Shown piece after piece: positions 59,987 through 64,000 of a stretch of DNA of 64,000 bases. The position numbers and the translations under genes are program-made. The notes beneath the pieces are model-generated. The model saw only the letters and a program-made list of their open reading frames with translations, was not told where the DNA came from and searched no databases. The DNA comes from Coraliomargarita sp. (GTDB lineage Bacteria > Verrucomicrobiota > Verrucomicrobiia > Opitutales > Coraliomargaritaceae): assembly GCA_965216325.1 (NCBI GenBank), contig OZ244160.1, forward strand, positions 2,848,001-2,912,000. The letters are read 5' to 3'. Position 1 is the first letter of the stretch, and the number at the start of each line of letters is the position of its first letter.

Positions 59987-62410
59987 ATGCGTTTCCGTAT
60001 TACTTCAATCCTCGCTTCAATCTTCACTGTGGGCCTGTTGGGCTCACCAGTTATTGCTCAGGCGGATAAACCGCTCATGCCTGATGGCGTTGACCAGATC
60101 TACTTGGCGTGGGTCAACGGGCCGCCGCAGTTGCAGGCCTTTTTACCTGAAGATGAGCACTTGGCGGGCTTCCGCGAAGAACATGCCTTGCTTGGGCTGC
60201 GAAGTGGTCAGTGGGGGATGGTCTTGGACCCGCGTAAGCTGGAGATTACGCATCTGACTCACAAATCGACCGATGCCTCTGTGGAGGATCTGCTCGACTT
60301 TGAACAGATTCAAAAAGCTTGGGCGACTGCAAAACTAAAGCTTGAGGTGGGCCATCGTGATCAGGTCTATCGGCCGAAGGGAGGCCCGCTCCCAAGTATT
60401 AAAGAGGATTACAAGTATTCGCCGATTCATATCGTTGAGAGTGGTGAGTGGTTTCAACACATTGCGATCTACGATTTAGTGCTGGAAAATGACGGGGGGG
60501 AGACCTTGGAGGCGGACACTTGGATTGAAATCCGCGCCTGGGGTGATCAGTTGCTGGTCGAGTGGTTTGTGCATCCCAAAGTGAAGGGACTGACGAAACT
60601 CTACTTGGATTTCGAGGCAGAGGGAATTGAACGCTCAGTGATCTCGCATGCGGGCAGCGTTCAGTTGAGCATCGTGTTCGAGGACGACAAGCTTCTCGAG
60701 ATCCCCGATCAAGCAGGTGTTGAGATGGCCGTCAGCGCGCGCGAAGGTTTCTCGGATTTGCAGCCGAGTGTGAATTATTCAAAGAGAACGGATGCTTGGG
60801 AGCTGCAAATCCCACGACAGGATTGGGACAATCCTACGGGGGCAGCTTATCCAGAAGCACTCTTGGATCGCGTGTCCAAGTTCGATCTCACGCTGCGGAA
60901 TACTTCGGACCACGTGCGTGAGGTGCGCTTGCGTATGCTGCATGATTACCACCCGCTGACCGGTTACGTGCCGATGTTGCTGGATGCGGATGGCCAACAC
61001 ACAGGTCTGCCGATTCAGAATAGCAAGAACTGGCACGTTCTGAAGAAGGAACCGTTCCCTTATGAAGGCAGCTGGATTAATCAGACTGCCCGCTTGAAGC
61101 TCGAGCCAAATTCAGAGGTCGAGCTTCGCTACGAGGTGGTGCACGCTCTCTGGCAGGGCTTGCCCGCTTCTTCAGTGGCTCAATTGAGCTTGGTCGGATG
61201 GGGCTTTAATGGTTTTTGGACGCAGATGGCGCTGGGTGCCTGGGGGGAATCGATTTGTATTCAGCCAGGCCGCACGATGCGTCGTTCCTACATCACGGAT
61301 GTGCGTCCCTTCATGGTGCGTTCAATGTATGATATGAACTACGATTGGACGGCTAACATGGGCGGGGCCGACTTGCTCAAAGTCGTGGATGCAGATGGGA
61401 AATACATCCCATGGGTCGGCTCCATTACGGATTACAAGATGATCGGTCCGAATCTCTCGCATGTAGAGGTTGTTGAGCGTAGTAGTGACGATCGCTTGCG
61501 TGTGAAGATCGATACCTACTTGCCGATCAGCAATTCGATCAACCGCTCTTATTTTAAGGTCCGTATGGATGTGCTAGAGGACCTCGATCTTAGTGAGCTG
61601 ACTTTGATGCAGCTCGGCGCGGATTACTATAATGATGCGAATTCGTCCAAGGTTGCTTGGGGTAATGCAGATCAACTGATCAAGGAGCTACAGCCCAAGA
61701 AGAAAGAGCGGGGCAACAAGGAAGAGCAGCCCATGCAGCTCGCCGCGAAGGACTCGTGGTTGTGCCTCTTTGGCAATATTTCGCCCCATAAAAATGTGGG
61801 TCAAGGCGTGCGTGGCGTCGTCTTACGTAACTTCACTGCCAAGCTTGGTGAGCAGGAATATGATTCCGCCTGGGCGCAAGCAATCTGGTCGGGCAATCAG
61901 AGCTTGGGGGCTGAGTTACAATTGGCTCCTGATACGACGAAATTAACCGCAGGCGACTACATTGAATTCGATTTTGAATTCCTCATTCTGCCGATTACTG
62001 CGGAGTCCTATTTCGGTCCGGATGCAGCTCTCAAGGAGCGTCTTGCTGCCGATGAAGACAACTGGCCTTTGGTCGCACATGAGGTGACACACCAGAAGCT
62101 TTTTGTAAATGGTGAGGAGGCTGGTTATCCGGCAGTTCTGGAGTCCTCTGCAATTAATGGCCAAATCATTGAAGTGGAATCTGCCGGCACCTTAAACGTG
62201 TTGTTGGTGACGGGGCTACCAGATGCAGGAGCCACTTGGGGATTCTATGAACTGCAAGGTGAGGAAATCTCAGCGATGGGAGCGCGCTACAAAGTAGAGG
62301 CGAATCCACAAGTCGACTTTGATCCTAAATCCGGCACATGGACCGCAGTCTTCTGTATCCAATTTGAGGATACCTGCCGTAAGCGTCAGTTTAAACTAGA
62401 GCTTCAGTAA
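59987..62410 (+). CDS. Exported protein of unknown function (807 aa)
   Basis: Signal peptide; intact ORF; paralogous to 44836..46260. Confidence 0.75.
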   Translation: MRFRITSILASIFTVGLLGSPVIAQADKPLMPDGVDQIYLAWVNGPPQLQAFLPEDEHLAGFREEHALLGLRSGQWGMVLDPRKLEITHLTHKSTDASVEDLLDFEQIQKAWATAKLKLEVGHRDQVYRPKGGPLPSIKEDYKYSPIHIVESGEWFQHIAIYDLVLENDGGETLEADTWIEIRAWGDQLLVEWFVHPKVKGLTKLYLDFEAEGIERSVISHAGSVQLSIVFEDDKLLEIPDQAGVEMAVSAREGFSDLQPSVNYSKRTDAWELQIPRQDWDNPTGAAYPEALLDRVSKFDLTLRNTSDHVREVRLRMLHDYHPLTGYVPMLLDADGQHTGLPIQNSKNWHVLKKEPFPYEGSWINQTARLKLEPNSEVELRYEVVHALWQGLPASSVAQLSLVGWGFNGFWTQMALGAWGESICIQPGRTMRRSYITDVRPFMVRSMYDMNYDWTANMGGADLLKVVDADGKYIPWVGSITDYKMIGPNLSHVEVVERSSDDRLRVKIDTYLPISNSINRSYFKVRMDVLEDLDLSELTLMQLGADYYNDANSSKVAWGNADQLIKELQPKKKERGNKEEQPMQLAAKDSWLCLFGNISPHKNVGQGVRGVVLRNFTAKLGEQEYDSAWAQAIWSGNQSLGAELQLAPDTTKLTAGDYIEFDFEFLILPITAESYFGPDAALKERLAADEDNWPLVAHEVTHQKLFVNGEEAGYPAVLESSAINGQIIEVESAGTLNVLLVTGLPDAGATWGFYELQGEEISAMGARYKVEANPQVDFDPKSGTWTAVFCIQFEDTCRKRQFKLELQ

Positions 62411-62440
62411 CAGACGGAGCGTATTGAAACGGCCAACCTT

Positions 62441-63112
62441 ATGCCCAGTATGTTTCAGCGAGTCGCGGTGATGATGACACTATTTGCTGGAACAGTATGG
62501 GGCGAGGGGCCAGTTGCAGGATGGCCGAGTCGGGCGGATGATTTGGATGTCTTGCCTGGCTTTCAGAATCCGCCTCCCGGTTAAGGAGAGGTGCCGTTTT
62601 GGTGGTGGTCAGGTGAGGCGCTGGATGTTGATCGTCTGTTGTGGCAGCTGCATGAGTTGCATGCTAAAGGTGTCAGCGGTGTGCAGGTCAATTATTCGCA
62701 CACCGATACACCCGGTTGGCCGACGGATGTCAGTGAACCGGCGATCTTTTCGGACGCTTGGTGGGGCATTTATTCTCAAGTGTCTGAGGAGTGCGGAAAA
62801 CACGGCATGGGCATTGGCTTGAGCACCTACACTTTGGATTGGCCATGGGGCGGGGAGAATCTCTTTGGAGAGTTGTTTTATTCAAAGCCGGAGCTCAATG
62901 CACGGGAGATCCATGTGGTTGCACGCAGGCAGGTGCCCGAGGGAGAGACCATGAAGCACGATGTGAGTGAGCGTGCGATTGCGATCCGAGCCTATCCATA
63001 TACTGAAGGAAAATTACAACATGGAGGCATCGACCTCAGTGCTGCGATTGTGGATGGTCAGTTGTCATGGACTGCGCCCCAGGGAGATTGGGAAGTGTGG
63101 GAGTTTGAAGAT
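62441..63112 (+). pseudogene. GH106-like (alpha-L-rhamnosidase family) N-terminal remnant with TAA at 62582-62584
   Basis: GFQNPPPG*GEVPFWWW, QLHELHAKGVSG, FSDAWW; 3' end replaced by transposase sequence. Confidence 0.7.
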
Positions 63113-63656
63113 GTGAGCGAAGCGCCCGAGCAGGTATACGCGCACTACTGCGAGCGGGGCGAAATGGAGAATAAAATCAAAGAACAAATGATGCTCTTCA
63201 GTGACCGCACCAGTGCTTCAAACTGGTGGGCGAACCAGTGGCGGGTGCTCCTGTCTTCACTCGCTTACGTGCTCATGGACACGATTCGCCGTATCGGATT
63301 GGCAGGCATCAAATTGGAACGCGCCACCGTGCACAGCATACGGATCAAACTCGTGAAGATCGCTTGCCTGATTGAACGAAAACGCAGCCGCTGGCTGTTC
63401 CGGCTCAGCGTCGCATGTCCCGATCAACAAGCCTTTGCCGCATGTGCGGCCAAACTACATCCCACTTAAAATCCACCTTCGCGCTTCACCCTGCGGCTCA
63501 ACTCCAGAGGAAGCCAAATATACGCAGGGATAGAGCTAAGCTATGCTTACAGATAAAAGCTAACGCTTTTTACCTGCGATTCGGTAGTCCCTTTACACCA
63601 ACTGAGCGAAAAAAGATCAACCTGACCAAGACAAACCCATTCATGCAATATACGGG
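63113..63656 (+). mobile_element. IS1380-family element, right-end remnant
   Basis: YCERGEMENKIKE...DRTS...ANQWR transposase C-terminus (stop 63469); terminal ATGCAATATACGGG; left boundary approximate. Confidence 0.75.
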
Positions 63657-64000
63657 CTAAAAGGAGCCAATCGCTTTTGGGGTATGTATGCAGGAGAGCA
63701 TGCGGCTGGAACTGAGTTCATGATTGGGCCTCTATTCCTCCTGAATGGAGTGAGCTTGCAGAATATCATACTTGGCCTGCTGATCGGTAATTTGTTAGCA
63801 GTCTTATCATGGCGCTATTTGTGCGCACCGATTTCGGTGCATGCCCGCTACACGCTCTATTACCATTTGGAGAATCTGGCGGGCGGCTGGTTGGTCAAAG
63901 TTTATAACTTAGCCAACGGCATCTTATTTTGCTTCCTCGCTGGAGCGATGATTACAGTGTCGGCGACAGCTGTGGGAATACCTTTTGGCATGCCGATGCC
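63657..64000 (+). pseudogene. NCS1/purine-cytosine permease-like transporter, N-terminus cut by the IS; runs off the window
   Basis: Open frame LKGANRFWGMYAGEHAAGTEFMIGPLF...GLLIGNLLAVLSW begins directly at the IS end. Confidence 0.65.

Overview
Bacterial chromosomal window. It is most likely from a marine Verrucomicrobiota (Opitutia/Coraliomargarita-Lentimonas-like); this is inferred from the PEP-CTERM protein, a Verru_Chthon-type gene fragment and the sulfatase/fucosidase content. It has three parts. (1) 1-7.0 kb is a sedentary integron: an N-terminally extended IntI, an attI site and four cassettes on the minus strand. Three of the four attC sites are invaded, antisense, by two different group IIC-attC introns. 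One intron is complete (1617-3522). The other is present as two near-identical 3' portions and carries a 33-nt hairpin inserted inside catalytic domain V. The only intron-free cassette has a non-canonical GAT/ATC recombination core. (2) 7.1-44.5 kb is mostly core genes: suf operon with a Fur/Irr-like regulator and three ICE-like boxes, rsmE, MATE, dtd, mpg, chrA, rsmI, pgi, ilvD, scpB, pheA with a duplicated chorismate mutase domain, UDG, yebC, SNF2 helicase, cls, pgsA, pgpA, nfeD/SPFH and MYG1. It also holds an unusual ExbB/MotA-like plus ExbD/MotB-like coiled-coil/trypsin-fold gene pair and many GTAG-REP and heptamer repeats. (3) 44.5-64 kb is a decaying locus for fucose-containing sulfated polysaccharides: GH29, GH95, sulfatases, SSS transporter, LacI, EF-hand esterase, a GH106 remnant and two paralogues of an unknown protein. 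It shows deletion-fusion junctions, nonsense codons, poly-G frameshifts and an IS1380 remnant. All calls come from reading the sequence by eye; no searches were run.
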